A DNA stretch of 64,000 nt from Nitrospirota bacterium (GTDB lineage Bacteria; Nitrospirota; UBA9217). The position numbers and the translations under genes were made by a program. Positions 9,582 through 20,860 of the stretch are shown here, piece after piece. The notes beneath the pieces were generated by a model. The model was not told the DNA's origin. It worked only from the letters and a program-made list of their open reading frames with translations, and searched no databases. Positions within the stretch are counted from its first letter, which is position 1. Every line of letters begins with the position of its first letter. The stretch is taken from the NCBI GenBank assembly GCA_963749655.1, contig CAVVOB010000032.1, positions 64,603 through 128,602 of the forward strand, written 5' to 3'.

Positions 9582-10818
9582 TTATTCGTATCGCAATATT
9601 TCCACGGGGTCCTGTTTTGCAGCCTGCCACGACGGATAGAGCGTGGCCAGAAAGCTGATGCCGAGCGCAGTCAGGGAGATGGCCAGGACGTCGAGCCCTG
9701 AAATATACAGCGGCAGATGACTCACCTGATAAACGTCCTTCGGCAGTGATACGATGTCGGTCTTCGTCAGGACGATCACGCGCGCCGTAACCGATAATGA
9801 CGCCCAGAACCGTTCCTATGAAGCCGATCGCAAGGCCCGCGAACATGAAGATCGATATAACGCTTTTCGATGACGAACCCATGGACTTCAGGATCGCAAT
9901 CTCCCTGCTTTTTTCCATGACGATCATGGTCAAGGTTCCAATAATGTTGAACGAGGCAACGATGATGATGACCACCAGAATAAGCGACATACCGACCTTT
10001 TCGAGGAACAAGGCGGAAAAAAAGTTCTTATTCATCTCCATCCAGTTGCGCGTATAGTAGGGATAGCCGATGGCCGTCTGGATGGCCGATGAAATGCGAT
10101 CGGCGTTGTAGATCTCGTCGATGCGGACCTGCACGCCGCTGATGCGGCCCGGCATATCGAAAAACTGCTGTGCAGCGGCAATCGAAACGTAGACAAAGCC
10201 GATGTTATAATCGTACATCCCGGCGTCAAAGAACCCGATGACCTCGAACTTCTTCATCTTCGGGACAATGCCCATGGCTGTTTCTTCGCCGAGTGGATTT
10301 ACCATGGTCACCGGCTCGCCGATCGACACTCCCAGCTTTCTTGCCAGGTCCTCGCCGATAATAATGCCCGGTAGGCCGGTCTTGGTGTCCTGCAACTGCC
10401 CGAGCGACCCCGTTGTCATGTTCTTCGCGAGGTCGGTAACCGACGCCTCGGTTCGGGGATCGATGCCCCGGACGATTACCCCCTGCATGCGGTCCCGCGA
10501 CGTCAACATGGACTGGGCATAAATGAACGGAGTCGTGGCGACAACATGGGGGACGGCCTGCACTTTTTCCTGAAGGGTTTTCTGGTCTTTTACGCCGTTC
10601 CCGCTCATTTCAAGAACATTAACGTGAGGCATGGCGGACAAAATCTTATCGCGAAAGTAGTCCTGGAAACCGGTCATGACCGACAGGGTGATGATCGAGG
10701 TCGCAACGCCGATTACCACCCCGGCGATGGAGATGAAGGTATTGAGCGATATTGTCCCGTAGCGCTTCTTGGTTTTCAGATAGCGGAGACTGATGAATAT
10801 TTCGTAGGGGGTTTGCAT
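9582..10818 (-). CDS. lolE: Lipoprotein-releasing ABC permease LolC/E (frameshift near 9783)
   Basis: ISLRYLK, SVMTGF, VASFNIIGTL..EKSREIAILKSMG; C-terminus ATLYPSWQAAKQDPVEILRYE in ORF 9582..9779. Confidence 0.9.
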
Positions 10819-10832
10819 AAGTTGGTTATCTC

Positions 10833-10903
10833 AAGTCTCACGCTAAAAGTCTCAGGAACAAAGCCAATTTCACCTGAGACTCGAGACATGAATCTTGAGA
10901 CTT
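10833..10903. repeat. Heptamer-based intergenic hairpin
   Basis: AAGTCTCA..AAGTCTCAGG ... CCTGAGACT CGAGACA TGAATCT TGAGACT. Confidence 0.7.
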
Positions 10904-10905
10904 TT

Positions 10906-12387
10906 CTACTTTTCTTTTTTCATCTGCGGGAACAGGATCACGTCCCTGATGGAGCTGGACCCGGTGAGCAGCATGACGAGACGATCTATTCCGATACCCT
11001 CGCCGGCCGCGGGAGGCATGCCGTATTCAAGGGCGCGAACGAAATCCTCGTCCATCTGATGCGCTTCCTCGTCCCCGGCCTCGCGCTCGGACACTTGCTT
11101 CAGGAACCGCTCCTTCTGGTCAAGGGGATCGTTCAGCTCGGAAAACGCATTGGCCAACTCCCTGCCGACGACGAACAGTTCGAAGCGTTCCACACTGGAC
11201 GGGTCGTCGTCGCGTCTCTTCGAGAGCGGGGAAATGTCCGTTGGGTAATCAGTAACGAACGTTGGCTGGATCAGGTTAGGCTCCACGAGAGCCTCGAAGA
11301 TCTCGTTGTGCACTTTGCCCAGGGATTCCCCGCCTTTCAGGGATGCGCCGATCTTCCGCGCGTGCTCCCGTGCCTTGTCAATATCCGTAAAAACTTCCGC
11401 AGGTACTCCTGCCTCCCGGAGCGCGTCCCGGTACGTGATGCGCTTCCACGGCGGCGCGAGACTGATTTTTTTGCCTTCGTACTCTATTTCGGTCGTTCCG
11501 AGTACCTCCCTGGCCACCGAGCTGATCATTTCCTCGGTCATGGAGATGAGGTCCTGGTAGTCAGCATAGGCGGTATAAAACTCCAACATGGTGAATTCAG
11601 GGTTGTGGCGGGTGGAGATGCCTTCGTTCCGGAAATTCCTGTTGATCTCATAGACCCGTTCAAATCCGCCGACCAGAAGACGTTTGAGATAAAGTTCGGG
11701 GGCAATGCGCAGGAACAGATCCATGTTGAGCGCATTATGGTGAGTCTTGAACGGCCGAGCTGTGGCGCCTCCGGGAATCGTCTGCATCATCGGTGTTTCG
11801 ACCTCGAGGTATTCGCGGACGTTCAGGAATGCGCGGATCGCCTGAATAATCCTGGTCCGGAGGATGAAAACATTCTTTACCTCGGGGTTTACAATGAGAT
11901 CGACGTATCGCTGCCGGTAGCGGATCTCGACGTCGGTAAGGCCGTGCCACTTTTCCGGCAAAGGGCGAAGAGACTTGGAAAGAAGCTGAAAATCCTCAAC
12001 CTCGACGGTGAGTTCGTTAGTCCTGGTGCGGAAGAGGAATCCCTTGCCGCCGACGAAATCTCCGATATCGAGCTTTTTGAACAGGCTGTACTTGTCTTCT
12101 CCGAGGGTATTCTTCTGAAAATAGAGCTGGATCCTGCCGGATCCGTCCTGAACATGGCAGAAACAGGCCTTGCCGAAACTCCTCATGGCAACGATCCTGC
12201 CGGCGATCGTTACCTCCTTTCGTTCCTTTTCAAGGTCCTCTTTGGCGGCCTGTCCGTAAGCCTCCGTCAGCTGTTGCGCGGTATGACTTACGTTAAATTT
12301 GCCTGCATAAGGCCTGATCCCGCTGGCGCTGATCTCTGCCAATTTTTTCAACCGCTGCTGGATCAGCTCATTATAATCTTCCATCAA
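10906..12387 (-). CDS. lysS: Lysine--tRNA ligase (class II)
   Basis: PLPEKWHGL, RYRQRYVDL, FRNEGISTRHNPEFTMLE, EYGMPPAAGEGIGIDRL. Confidence 0.98.
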   Translation of the reverse strand: MMEDYNELIQQRLKKLAEISASGIRPYAGKFNVSHTAQQLTEAYGQAAKEDLEKERKEVTIAGRIVAMRSFGKACFCHVQDGSGRIQLYFQKNTLGEDKYSLFKKLDIGDFVGGKGFLFRTRTNELTVEVEDFQLLSKSLRPLPEKWHGLTDVEIRYRQRYVDLIVNPEVKNVFILRTRIIQAIRAFLNVREYLEVETPMMQTIPGGATARPFKTHHNALNMDLFLRIAPELYLKRLLVGGFERVYEINRNFRNEGISTRHNPEFTMLEFYTAYADYQDLISMTEEMISSVAREVLGTTEIEYEGKKISLAPPWKRITYRDALREAGVPAEVFTDIDKAREHARKIGASLKGGESLGKVHNEIFEALVEPNLIQPTFVTDYPTDISPLSKRRDDDPSSVERFELFVVGRELANAFSELNDPLDQKERFLKQVSEREAGDEEAHQMDEDFVRALEYGMPPAAGEGIGIDRLVMLLTGSSSIRDVILFPQMKKEK

Positions 12388-12440
12388 ACAAAATCCTTTT
12401 CAATTGTCCGATTATTTTACCGATAAAACGGTATCTGCGG

Positions 12441-12469
12441 ATTATACTTATTCATTGAGAGACCGTCAA
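12441..12469 (-). promoter_or_regulatory. Sigma70 promoter for lysS
   Basis: TTGACG-N17-TATAAT. Confidence 0.7.
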
Positions 12470-12478
12470 GGAGAAACA

Positions 12479-13363
12479 CTAGCCAGCCAGCATCTTGAGC
12501 ACTTCCAGGTATTTTTCGCTCGTCTTGCGGATGACATCGTCAGGCAGGATCGGCGCCGGCGGCTTCTGGTTCCAATTCAGTGAAAGCAGATAGTCCCGGA
12601 CGAACTGTTTGTCGAAGCTTTTCTGAGATACGCCGACCTGGTAACCGTTCCTGGGCCAAAACCGCGAAGAGTCGGGCGTAAGCACCTCGTCGATGAGGAT
12701 CACTTCATCACGAAAGATGCCGAACTCAAGCTTGGTATCGGCAATGATGATACCCTTTGGTTCCGCGAGTTCGCAGGCTCTTTTATACACAGCCAGGGCA
12801 TACTTCCGGACCTGTTCGGCGACCGTCTTGCCGACCAGTCCAATAACAGTGTCGAAGTCTATGTTTACATCATGCTCTCCTACCTCGGCCTTGGTCGAAG
12901 GTGTAAAAATCGGCTCTGGAAGCCGCGACGCCTCTGTCAGGCCTGCGGGAAGCGCAATTCCGCTGACGGAACCCGCTGTTTTGTATTCCTTTAAACCCGA
13001 TCCCGTGAGATAACCGCGGACAATGCATTCGATGGGAAGAGGCCTGGATTTTTTCACCAACATGCTTCTCCCTTCGAGCACGGCGGCGTAGGGGCGGCAT
13101 TCCGGAGGATATTTCGCCGTATCGGTCGTGAGCAAATGGTTCGGTACGATGTCTGCGGTCTTCGCAAACCAGTATTTCGATATTTGGGTGAGGACCCTGC
13201 CTTTTTCCGGGACCGCGTTCGGGAGCACCACGTCGAAGGCCGAAATCCTGTCCGTGGCGACAATGAGCAACGAGTCTCCCAGATCGTAGATGTCCCTCAC
13301 TTTTCCCCGCTTCGGCGGTTTCAGCCCATCAAAATTGGTTTCAAGTACCTGTGGTGTCGTCAT
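12479..13363 (-). CDS. purC: SAICAR synthetase
   Basis: GKVRDIY, ATDRISAFD, ECIVRGYLTGS, ADTKLEFG, DEVLTPDSSRFW. Confidence 0.97.
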   Translation of the reverse strand: MTTPQVLETNFDGLKPPKRGKVRDIYDLGDSLLIVATDRISAFDVVLPNAVPEKGRVLTQISKYWFAKTADIVPNHLLTTDTAKYPPECRPYAAVLEGRSMLVKKSRPLPIECIVRGYLTGSGLKEYKTAGSVSGIALPAGLTEASRLPEPIFTPSTKAEVGEHDVNIDFDTVIGLVGKTVAEQVRKYALAVYKRACELAEPKGIIIADTKLEFGIFRDEVILIDEVLTPDSSRFWPRNGYQVGVSQKSFDKQFVRDYLLSLNWNQKPPAPILPDDVIRKTSEKYLEVLKMLAG

Positions 13364-14675
13364 CTTCGCCTCTTTCATGATTTTCCGGGGCGTATTTCAG
13401 CACCCGGATGCGGGAAATACGGTTCCGTCGCAGCCGGAGCACCGTGAACAGCAGGTTTTCGTGCCGGATCTGGTCGCCTTCAGACGGAAGCCTGCCGAAA
13501 AGGCCCAGCACAAAGCCGCCGATCGTCTCGAATTCATCTTCGGGGAGCTGCACGCCCAATTTTGCATTCACTTTTCCGATGTCGGTTCTTCCGTCAATGA
13601 CGTACCGGTTCGCCGCAATCTCGTCGATCTCCTTGAGTTCTTTTTCCTGTTCGTCACGGATGTCTCCGACGATCTCCTCGATCAGGTCCTCCATAGTCAC
13701 GAGACCGTCGGTGCCGCCGTACTCGTCGCCGACAAGGGCGAGGTGAATGCGTTTTTCGCGCATTTCCTTCAGGAGCAAGCTCACGTTCTTGTTCGGCGGA
13801 ACGACATATGGCTTTCTCAGTACGCCTTCGATCTGGAACGGCTGGTTGCCCATGTGCAGGGCCAGTATGTCCTTGAGATAAACGACGCCGATGATGTTAT
13901 CGATGGATCGGGAGTACACCGGCAACCGAGAAAACCCCTTTTCATTCATCGTGCGAAGTATCGCATCGACGTCGCTCCCTGCCTCGACAGCGGCGATCTC
14001 CGTGCGCGGAACCATGACCTCTCGCACAACGGTGTCCGTGAACCGGAATACGCTGTGAATCAGGTCTTCTTCCGACGGCTCGAATATTCCGCTCTTGCGG
14101 CCTTCCCGGATCAGATATTTTACTTCGTCCTCTGATACAAGGGATGCTTCCTGTCCCGCAGGCATGCCGAAAAACCGCAGAACGCAGTTATTGGACGCTG
14201 TAAGCATCCGCAGCACTACCGTAAAGAGCCTGGACAAAAAATCGATAGGCACCGACGTCGCGAACGCAATCCGTTCAGAGTACCGTATCGCCAGCGACTT
14301 CGGCACCAGTTCTCCCGCAACCAGGGTGACGAAGGTAATGACTGAAACTACAATACCCATTGCAAAAGGCTCGGCTGCTCTGTTGATAAAATCAACCGGC
14401 GCGCTCCGCAACAAAGGTTTGATTTTCTCGACAGCGATCGCGCCGCCGATAGCCGAGGCCAGAGTCCCTACGAGGGTCACGCCGATCTGGACCGTCGCAA
14501 GAAACCGTTCGGGCTCCTCTTGCAATCGCTGCACCTTTCGTGCGAGTGGATGACCAGCTTTAACGAGATGACGGACGCGGCTTTTCCGGAGCGAAATCAG
14601 GGATATCTCAGACGCTGAAAAAAAACCGTTCAGAATAATGAGCGACGAGATGATCAGAATGTCAAATAGCCACAT
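13341..14675 (-). CDS. HlyC/CorC (CNNM-CBS-CorC) membrane protein
   Basis: NGFFSASE, GELVPK, VREVMVPR, FSRLPVY, DEYGGTDGLVTMEDLIEEIVGDIRDE. Confidence 0.93.
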   Translation of the reverse strand: MWLFDILIISSLIILNGFFSASEISLISLRKSRVRHLVKAGHPLARKVQRLQEEPERFLATVQIGVTLVGTLASAIGGAIAVEKIKPLLRSAPVDFINRAAEPFAMGIVVSVITFVTLVAGELVPKSLAIRYSERIAFATSVPIDFLSRLFTVVLRMLTASNNCVLRFFGMPAGQEASLVSEDEVKYLIREGRKSGIFEPSEEDLIHSVFRFTDTVVREVMVPRTEIAAVEAGSDVDAILRTMNEKGFSRLPVYSRSIDNIIGVVYLKDILALHMGNQPFQIEGVLRKPYVVPPNKNVSLLLKEMREKRIHLALVGDEYGGTDGLVTMEDLIEEIVGDIRDEQEKELKEIDEIAANRYVIDGRTDIGKVNAKLGVQLPEDEFETIGGFVLGLFGRLPSEGDQIRHENLLFTVLRLRRNRISRIRVLKYAPENHERGEDDDTTGT

Positions 14676-14854
14676 AGGTGGTATATCCAGAAATTGCCAA
14701 GGTCAGAGTCCTGCCGGACTGGACAGACCTGGACCTCTGCTCAGACTCTTGGTGCGCATGAGGTTGTTCCCCGTTGAGCCCGTACGCCATAAAAGGTGAT
14801 CGGGGATAGTATTCGACGATTTCCGGCGGGGTTGACGCTGCTGATTGGACTGCT

Positions 14855-16324
14855 TTATAGTCCGTACTCCCTCCAGCGTTCGTCAACTTTCTGCTGAATC
14901 CGAAGATCCATGCGGATTTCGTCGGGCCAGGGTCGGTTGAATCCCTCCCCCGGCCCCTTGCGGGTTGCATCAATGCCCATCTTACCGCCGAAACCGATTT
15001 GCGGGCAGGAGTGGTCCAGGATGTCAAGCGGTCCGTCCATGATGACGAGGTCTCGTTGAGGATCAACGTGGTTCATGACCTTCCAAGTGACCTCGGAATA
15101 GTCATGAATATTCACATCTTCATCGCAGACGATCACAAATTTGGAAAGCATGAGCATGCCCGTTCCCCAGATCGTATTGATGACTTTTTTTCCGTGTCCT
15201 GCATAGCGTTTCCGTATTTTGACGATTACGTTGTTATGGAACACACCTTCAACAGGCATATCCATATCCAGGATATCCGGTGCTACCATCTGGAGGAGGG
15301 GTAGAAATATCCTCTCCGTGGCCTTGCCGAGGTATGCGTCCTCCTGTGGAGGGCGGCCTACGAGCGTCGCAGGATAAATTGCGTCTTTCCGGTGAGTAAT
15401 TGCCGTGATGTGAAAGACAGGATACTGATCCGCTTCCGAGTAATATCCCGTATGGTCGCCAAAAGGGCCTTCGAGCCTGCGTTCGCCGGGATCAACGAAT
15501 CCTTCAAGAACGAATTCAGCCTCCGCAGGAACCCGTACGTCGATGGTTTTGCATTGAACAACTTCGAGGGATTTTTTTCGCAGGAACCCTGCAAAAACGT
15601 ATTCCCCGATTGCCGGCGGAAGTGGCGCCGTAGATGCATAAATGATTGACGGATCTCCGCCGATGGCTACCGCGACTTCCATGCGTTTGCCCGCTGCCTC
15701 GTAGTGCTGATAGTGCCGAGCTCCGTCCTTGTGTTTGTGCCAATGCATGCCCGTTGTCTGATGATCAAAGACCTGCATCCGATACATGCCTACATTCGTG
15801 ATCTTGGTGGCGGGATCAACAGTACAGACCATCGGAAGGGTGATGAACCGTCCTCCGTCTGCAGGCCAGCATTTTAGAACCGGCAGTTTGGAAAGATCCG
15901 CCTCGTGTCCGGTCCAGACGACTTCCTGACAGGGAGCCCTTTTAATCGTCTTGGGGAAAAAACCTGCAAGCTCGGATAGTTTGGGCAGCATTTGAAGCTT
16001 GTCCATGAGGCCTGCACCGGGCCCGGGGAAAAGGTTTGTCGGATCGACGACATCCCTGATTTGTCTGCCTATCTCGTCGAGGTCCTGCACCTCGAGTGCG
16101 GAACACATGCGCTTCATGGACCCAAAGGTGTTGGTCAATACCGGGAATGCAGATCCTTTCACGCGCTCGAAAAAAAGCGCCTTGTTCGCCGTCCCTTTTT
16201 CTTTGGATACACGGTCGGTAATTTCCGCGATCTCCAATTCGGCGTCCACCTCTGCCTTGATCCGTACCAGTTCGCCCTGCTTGTCGAGAAGCTCGATGAA
16301 ATCCCTGAGAGAATCGTATGCCAT
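14855..16324 (-). CDS. UbiD-family (menaquinone-type) decarboxylase
   Basis: WPADGGRFIT, NVGMYRMQ, EGPFGDHTGYY, GPLDILDH, GKMGIDAT. Confidence 0.93.
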   Translation of the reverse strand: MAYDSLRDFIELLDKQGELVRIKAEVDAELEIAEITDRVSKEKGTANKALFFERVKGSAFPVLTNTFGSMKRMCSALEVQDLDEIGRQIRDVVDPTNLFPGPGAGLMDKLQMLPKLSELAGFFPKTIKRAPCQEVVWTGHEADLSKLPVLKCWPADGGRFITLPMVCTVDPATKITNVGMYRMQVFDHQTTGMHWHKHKDGARHYQHYEAAGKRMEVAVAIGGDPSIIYASTAPLPPAIGEYVFAGFLRKKSLEVVQCKTIDVRVPAEAEFVLEGFVDPGERRLEGPFGDHTGYYSEADQYPVFHITAITHRKDAIYPATLVGRPPQEDAYLGKATERIFLPLLQMVAPDILDMDMPVEGVFHNNVIVKIRKRYAGHGKKVINTIWGTGMLMLSKFVIVCDEDVNIHDYSEVTWKVMNHVDPQRDLVIMDGPLDILDHSCPQIGFGGKMGIDATRKGPGEGFNRPWPDEIRMDLRIQQKVDERWREYGL

Positions 16325-16484
16325 AAGAGTTGAGTTCCGCAGCAAACGCTCGTGTCGCGGTAATCTGCGGAAAGCGTCCGACTACGGTAAAAAATTCACC
16401 TTAAGATTCTAAAATGCCCGAGACTGTGATTCGGGAAGTGTAAATTGTAGCGGAATTGCTGATGATTTGCAATGAAAAAAGGTT

Positions 16485-17858
16485 CTACGAGGCCTCGTAT
16501 TTGTGAAGTCGGTGCCGGAACGACCGGAAAGAGAGCCTGAGCAGCTTGGCAGCCTCGGTCTTGACGCCCCCGGATTTCTCGAGGGCCTTGTGGAGCAGCG
16601 CCTTCTCGGCGTTTTCCAGCAGCGCTTCAAGATCGATTCCATCATCTGGGATATCCATCCCGCCGAGTTCTGAGCAGGGATCCGACTCTTTGACCACTTC
16701 GGGGATATGCTCCGCCAGGATCATGTCCCCCGGCACAATGACGGACAACCGTTCAATGGTATTTTCCAGCTCCCGGACGTTCCCGGGCCAATCATAGTCG
16801 ATCAGAAGTTTCATCGCTTGAGGATCTATTTTTTTCGTTCCCTGCCCCTGCTTATCCTTTCTCGAACACTTTTTCAGAAAAAAATCAACGAGCAACGGGA
16901 CGTCGTCCTTTCGTTGACGGAGAGCCGGGACATGAATCGGCAGTACATTCAGTCGATAGTAGAGATCTTCCCGGAAAGTACCTCTTGCGACTTCATCCCG
17001 TATGTCACGATTGCTTGCTGCGATGATATGCACATCGACACGGATGCCCGTCGTCCCCCCTACCCGCATGAATTCACGCTCCTGAATGACACGGAGAAGT
17101 TTTATCTGGAGGGCGGGCGTGGTGGCGCTTATCTCGTCTAGGAAAATGGTGCCGCCGTCGGCGGCCTCGAAAAGCCCCTGTTTGTTCGATGCTGCCCCAG
17201 TAAACGCGCCTTTCATATAACCGAACAGTTCACTTTCCAGCAATGTTTCCGGCAACGCCCCGCAGTTGACGGTTACAATAGGGCCGCTTTTTCTCGGGCT
17301 GTTGACATGGATGGCGCGCGCGACCAGTTCTTTTCCTGTACCGCTCTCCCCCGTGATCAGCACCGTGCTGGTCGTCCCGGCGACCTGACGAATGAGCGCA
17401 AAAACCTTCTGCATCGGTTCGCTTTTCCCTATGAAATTCTCGAATCCGGCCTTGGATTCTATCTCGCGTTTAAGAAGGATGTTCTCCTTTCTCAAGAGTC
17501 GTTTTTCAAGAGAATTATTGATGACGAGCTTCAACTCGTCGATTTTGAACGGCTTGATGATATAATCGGATGCGCCAAGCTTCATTGCTTCAACGGCTGT
17601 TTCCGCAGTGGCAAAGGCCGTAATCATTACAACGACCGTTTCCGGCGATACGTCCTTGACGGTTTTGAGAACGCTTATTCCGTCCGTTCCGGGCATACGG
17701 ACATCGCTGATGACAAGATCGAAAATTTCCGCTTGGACCGCTTTTAATGCCGTATCACCGCTATCCGCTGTAACAACTTCATGGCCTTCTTTCTTGAGCA
17801 TGATCGCAAGAAAGTCCCTCAGGCTCTGCTCATCGTCGACAACAAGTATTTTGCTCAT
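16485..17858 (-). CDS. pilR: Sigma54-dependent response regulator PilR
   Basis: REC + AAA (GESGTGKE, GAFTGA, WPGNVREL) + HTH FRSFRHRL; downstream of pilS. Confidence 0.88.
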   Translation of the reverse strand: MSKILVVDDEQSLRDFLAIMLKKEGHEVVTADSGDTALKAVQAEIFDLVISDVRMPGTDGISVLKTVKDVSPETVVVMITAFATAETAVEAMKLGASDYIIKPFKIDELKLVINNSLEKRLLRKENILLKREIESKAGFENFIGKSEPMQKVFALIRQVAGTTSTVLITGESGTGKELVARAIHVNSPRKSGPIVTVNCGALPETLLESELFGYMKGAFTGAASNKQGLFEAADGGTIFLDEISATTPALQIKLLRVIQEREFMRVGGTTGIRVDVHIIAASNRDIRDEVARGTFREDLYYRLNVLPIHVPALRQRKDDVPLLVDFFLKKCSRKDKQGQGTKKIDPQAMKLLIDYDWPGNVRELENTIERLSVIVPGDMILAEHIPEVVKESDPCSELGGMDIPDDGIDLEALLENAEKALLHKALEKSGGVKTEAAKLLRLSFRSFRHRLHKYEAS

Positions 17859-17883
17859 ACGTTGCGTCCTGTCCGGGGTCGAG

Positions 17884-19562
17884 TCACCCGTTTTCCTGTC
17901 TCGACACGGATGTCGGATCTTCTGTCATCGGAAGGCTTATTATAAATTTTGTACCCTTGCCAGCTTCGCTTTCTGCCTCAATGGTGCCATGATGATCCTC
18001 AATGATACGATAAGCGATCGCCAAACCCAGTCCGGTTCCCTCGGCTTTCGTGGTGAAAAAAGGGTCGAAGAGCTTCCCGAGATACTCACGCGCTATTCCC
18101 GTCCCAGTATCGCTTATGACAATTTCGCACCGGTCCGCTTCATCGTCGCTTTGCGTATTCGGCCTAACGGTGAGTTCTATGGTCCCGCCGCTCGGCATTG
18201 CCTGGCAGGCATTCAGCAGCAGGTTCCAAAATACCTGCTTTAATCTCTGCATATCCCCCCTGAGGCGGATATTCTGCTGCACGTTGCTAAAAATTGTTAT
18301 CTTCTCACTGAAATTTTTACTATTCTTCAGGAGCATGATAGTCTCATCCAGTAGAGCGAGAAGATCTACCTGCTCGATATGAGCACTTCTCGGTCTGGCA
18401 TATTCAAGAAACTCGGTAATGATTGTATTCAATCGATCGGTTTCACGAACAACAATATCCATGAGATGCCTGTCGTCGTCTTCCAGTCTCAAGTCGCGCT
18501 GCAGCAGTTGAATTGATCCGCTGAGCGACGCAAGCGGGTTTCTGATTTCATGGGCAATGCCTGCGGCCAGGCTACCTACGGTTGCCAGCCGTTCCTGCCT
18601 CCTGATCTGCTCTTCCATCTCAACAATCTTGGTAATGTCCTGGAATGTCAGAATAATTCCGCGTACGGTGTTTGTATCGTCCTTCAGCAGGGATGCAATC
18701 ATTCCGAGTACAGCCTCGGTGCCGTCCTTTTTTGCTATCTGACTGGTAAAACGGTGCGGACGTTCTTTCAGAGAGTCAGTATGCCCGAAGAGCTCCTTGA
18801 TGCTTTTGCCGAAGATCTGCTGCCATTCTTTCTTGATCTCATCAAGAGTATAGCCCGTGATCTGTTCTGCAGCAGGATTCCATGAGGTAATTTCACCCTT
18901 GAGGTTGACCGTAAGGATACCACTCCCCACGCTTCTTAGAATATGCTCCTGAAGCACGCGGAGATCTTCGAAGTCTATGCTTTTTTCCCGGAGTTCCTGC
19001 CGTGTTGAGCGGAGCCGCTCGGCAAGGTATCCGCTCAGCAAAGCTACGACGTAGAAGGAAAGAATATTGACGAAAACCTGATAAAAAACCTGACCGGCGG
19101 TAAAATTCTGGCTCCGTTGGAACCCTGGAACATTGTAATACTGCATATCCAGCATTGCGCCATATAAGATACTCGAAAGCGATGCAGCCAGATATCCGCC
19201 TCTCCGGTACAAAATAATGCTGGCCGATATAATAGCAAGGTGATACAAGATCGATAAGCCGCTGTCTATTCCGCCGGTAAGATGAACCAAAAAGGTAACG
19301 AGAAAGATGTCGACAGAAACCTGGAGAAAGGCGAGAAATAAATAATTATTCGTACTTTTTTGAGGAGATACCGGTAAACAGCGGTCAGAGCATAAATCGA
19401 GGCAAGAACGTAGAGCAGAACGGCCGCATGGAAAGAATAGATCTTATACCTCTGTTGAAAGAAAAAAAGCGTTCCCGCCAGAAACGACGTTAAGACCGCT
19501 CTCCCCCAGATAAGCCACGTGATGCGGACAGCGTATTCCTCTCTGGTAAATTCTCGTGTCAC
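17884..19562 (-). CDS. pilS: Sensor histidine kinase PilS (frameshift near 19290-19350)
   Basis: TM domain with LTGGIDS, PAS, AHEIRNPL, NLLLNA, DPFFTTK, GTGLGL; N-terminus in ORF 19266..19562. Confidence 0.85.
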
Positions 19563-19568
19563 CTGTCG

Positions 19569-20784
19569 CTATCCGCCCGCTATGGCTCCCATCTTGAATA
19601 TAGGCATATACATAGCCACGATGACGAATCCGACCGTTGTCCCCAGAAAGATCATCAGCATGGGCTCCAGCATCGAGGTCAAGGCTGCAACTGCGGAATC
19701 GACCTCATCGTCGTAGAAATCGGCGATCTTATTCAGCATGTTGTCGAGGGCTCCGGTAGCTTCACCGACGGAGATCATCTGGATGACCATGGGTGGGAAT
19801 ACTGCGGCTTTACCGAGGGGTTCGGCCAGCGTTTTACCCTCGCTTACGCTCTGCCGGGTCATCATGATGGCTTCCTCGACGACCTTGTTTCCTGCTGTAC
19901 GCGATACGATAAGGAGCCCCTCAAGTATCGGTACACCGCTCGTGAGCAGGGTTCCGAGCGTTCGCGTGAACTTTGCCACAGCGACCCGTTGAATCAGGGA
20001 TCCGGCCACAGGCACTTTGAGAGCTATGCCATCGGTCACCCGCAGACCTTTTTCCGTTTTTCTAAACTGTTTTATACCGACAAAAAAGCTTATAATGCCG
20101 ATCAGAAGTCCAAGTCCTCCCCATCCTTTCAGGAAACTACTGATAGCCATTACGATCCTTGTAGGCAGCGGCAACGCTTGCCCCATGTCCGCAAACATGG
20201 CTGCCAGCATAGGGACGACAACAACCATAAGAAGTGCGACAACGGCAACGGCAACGAACAAAATTACGGAAGGATAGATCATGGCTGATTTAATCTGTCC
20301 TTTGATTTTGGCGAATTTTTCCATATATGCTGCAAGTCTTTGGAGAATCGTGTCGAGAATACCGCCAGCCTCTCCAGCGGCAACCATATTAACATACAAA
20401 TTGTCAAAAATCTTCGGATGCTTTTTCAGGGCGTCCGCGAAAGTAGCGCCGGTTTCCACATCGGTCCTTACTTGTCCAACGATGCCTGCAAGGGCTTTAT
20501 TCTCTGTTTGACTACCGAGAATATCAAGACACTGTACCAGCGGAAGTCCCGCATCGATCATCGTTGCTAGCTGACGGGTTAAAATCACAATGTCTTTGTC
20601 GGTGACCTTGGGCTGTCCAAATTTCAGTCTGATCTCTCTCGGTTTCGACTTGACCGAAATGGGAAGAATGTTCTGCTTTCCGAAGAAGGGCCAGCACATC
20701 CTCTTTGCTGTTTGCTGCCAGCTCGCCTTTTTGCACGGTTCCCTGCCGTGTCTTACCTTCCCACAAAAATACGGTTGATGCCAT
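19569..20784 (-). CDS. pilC: Type IV pilus platform protein PilC (frameshift near 20690)
   Basis: TRQLATMIDAGLPL, AGEAGG, SAMIYP, VGEATG, LEP; N-terminus FLWEGKTRQG in ORF 20524..20784. Confidence 0.92.
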
Positions 20785-20860
20785 ATTTCACCCCAAATCG
20801 AAAAAATCCGTCGCCCAGAAGTTCTTCCGTTATAACTATCGCCGGAACATCAAGACCGAG

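Noticed and set aside
9244-10818. Apparent 524-aa LolE fusion
   Set aside because: A frameshift near 9783 joins lolE to the separate 83-aa gene; the true lolE end lies in another frame
10546-12426. 626-aa plus-strand ORF
   Set aside because: Antisense shadow of lysS caused by codon bias; no motifs
14662-15066. 134-aa ORF between ubiD and the corC-like gene
   Set aside because: Overlaps ubiD out of frame and has no recognisable features
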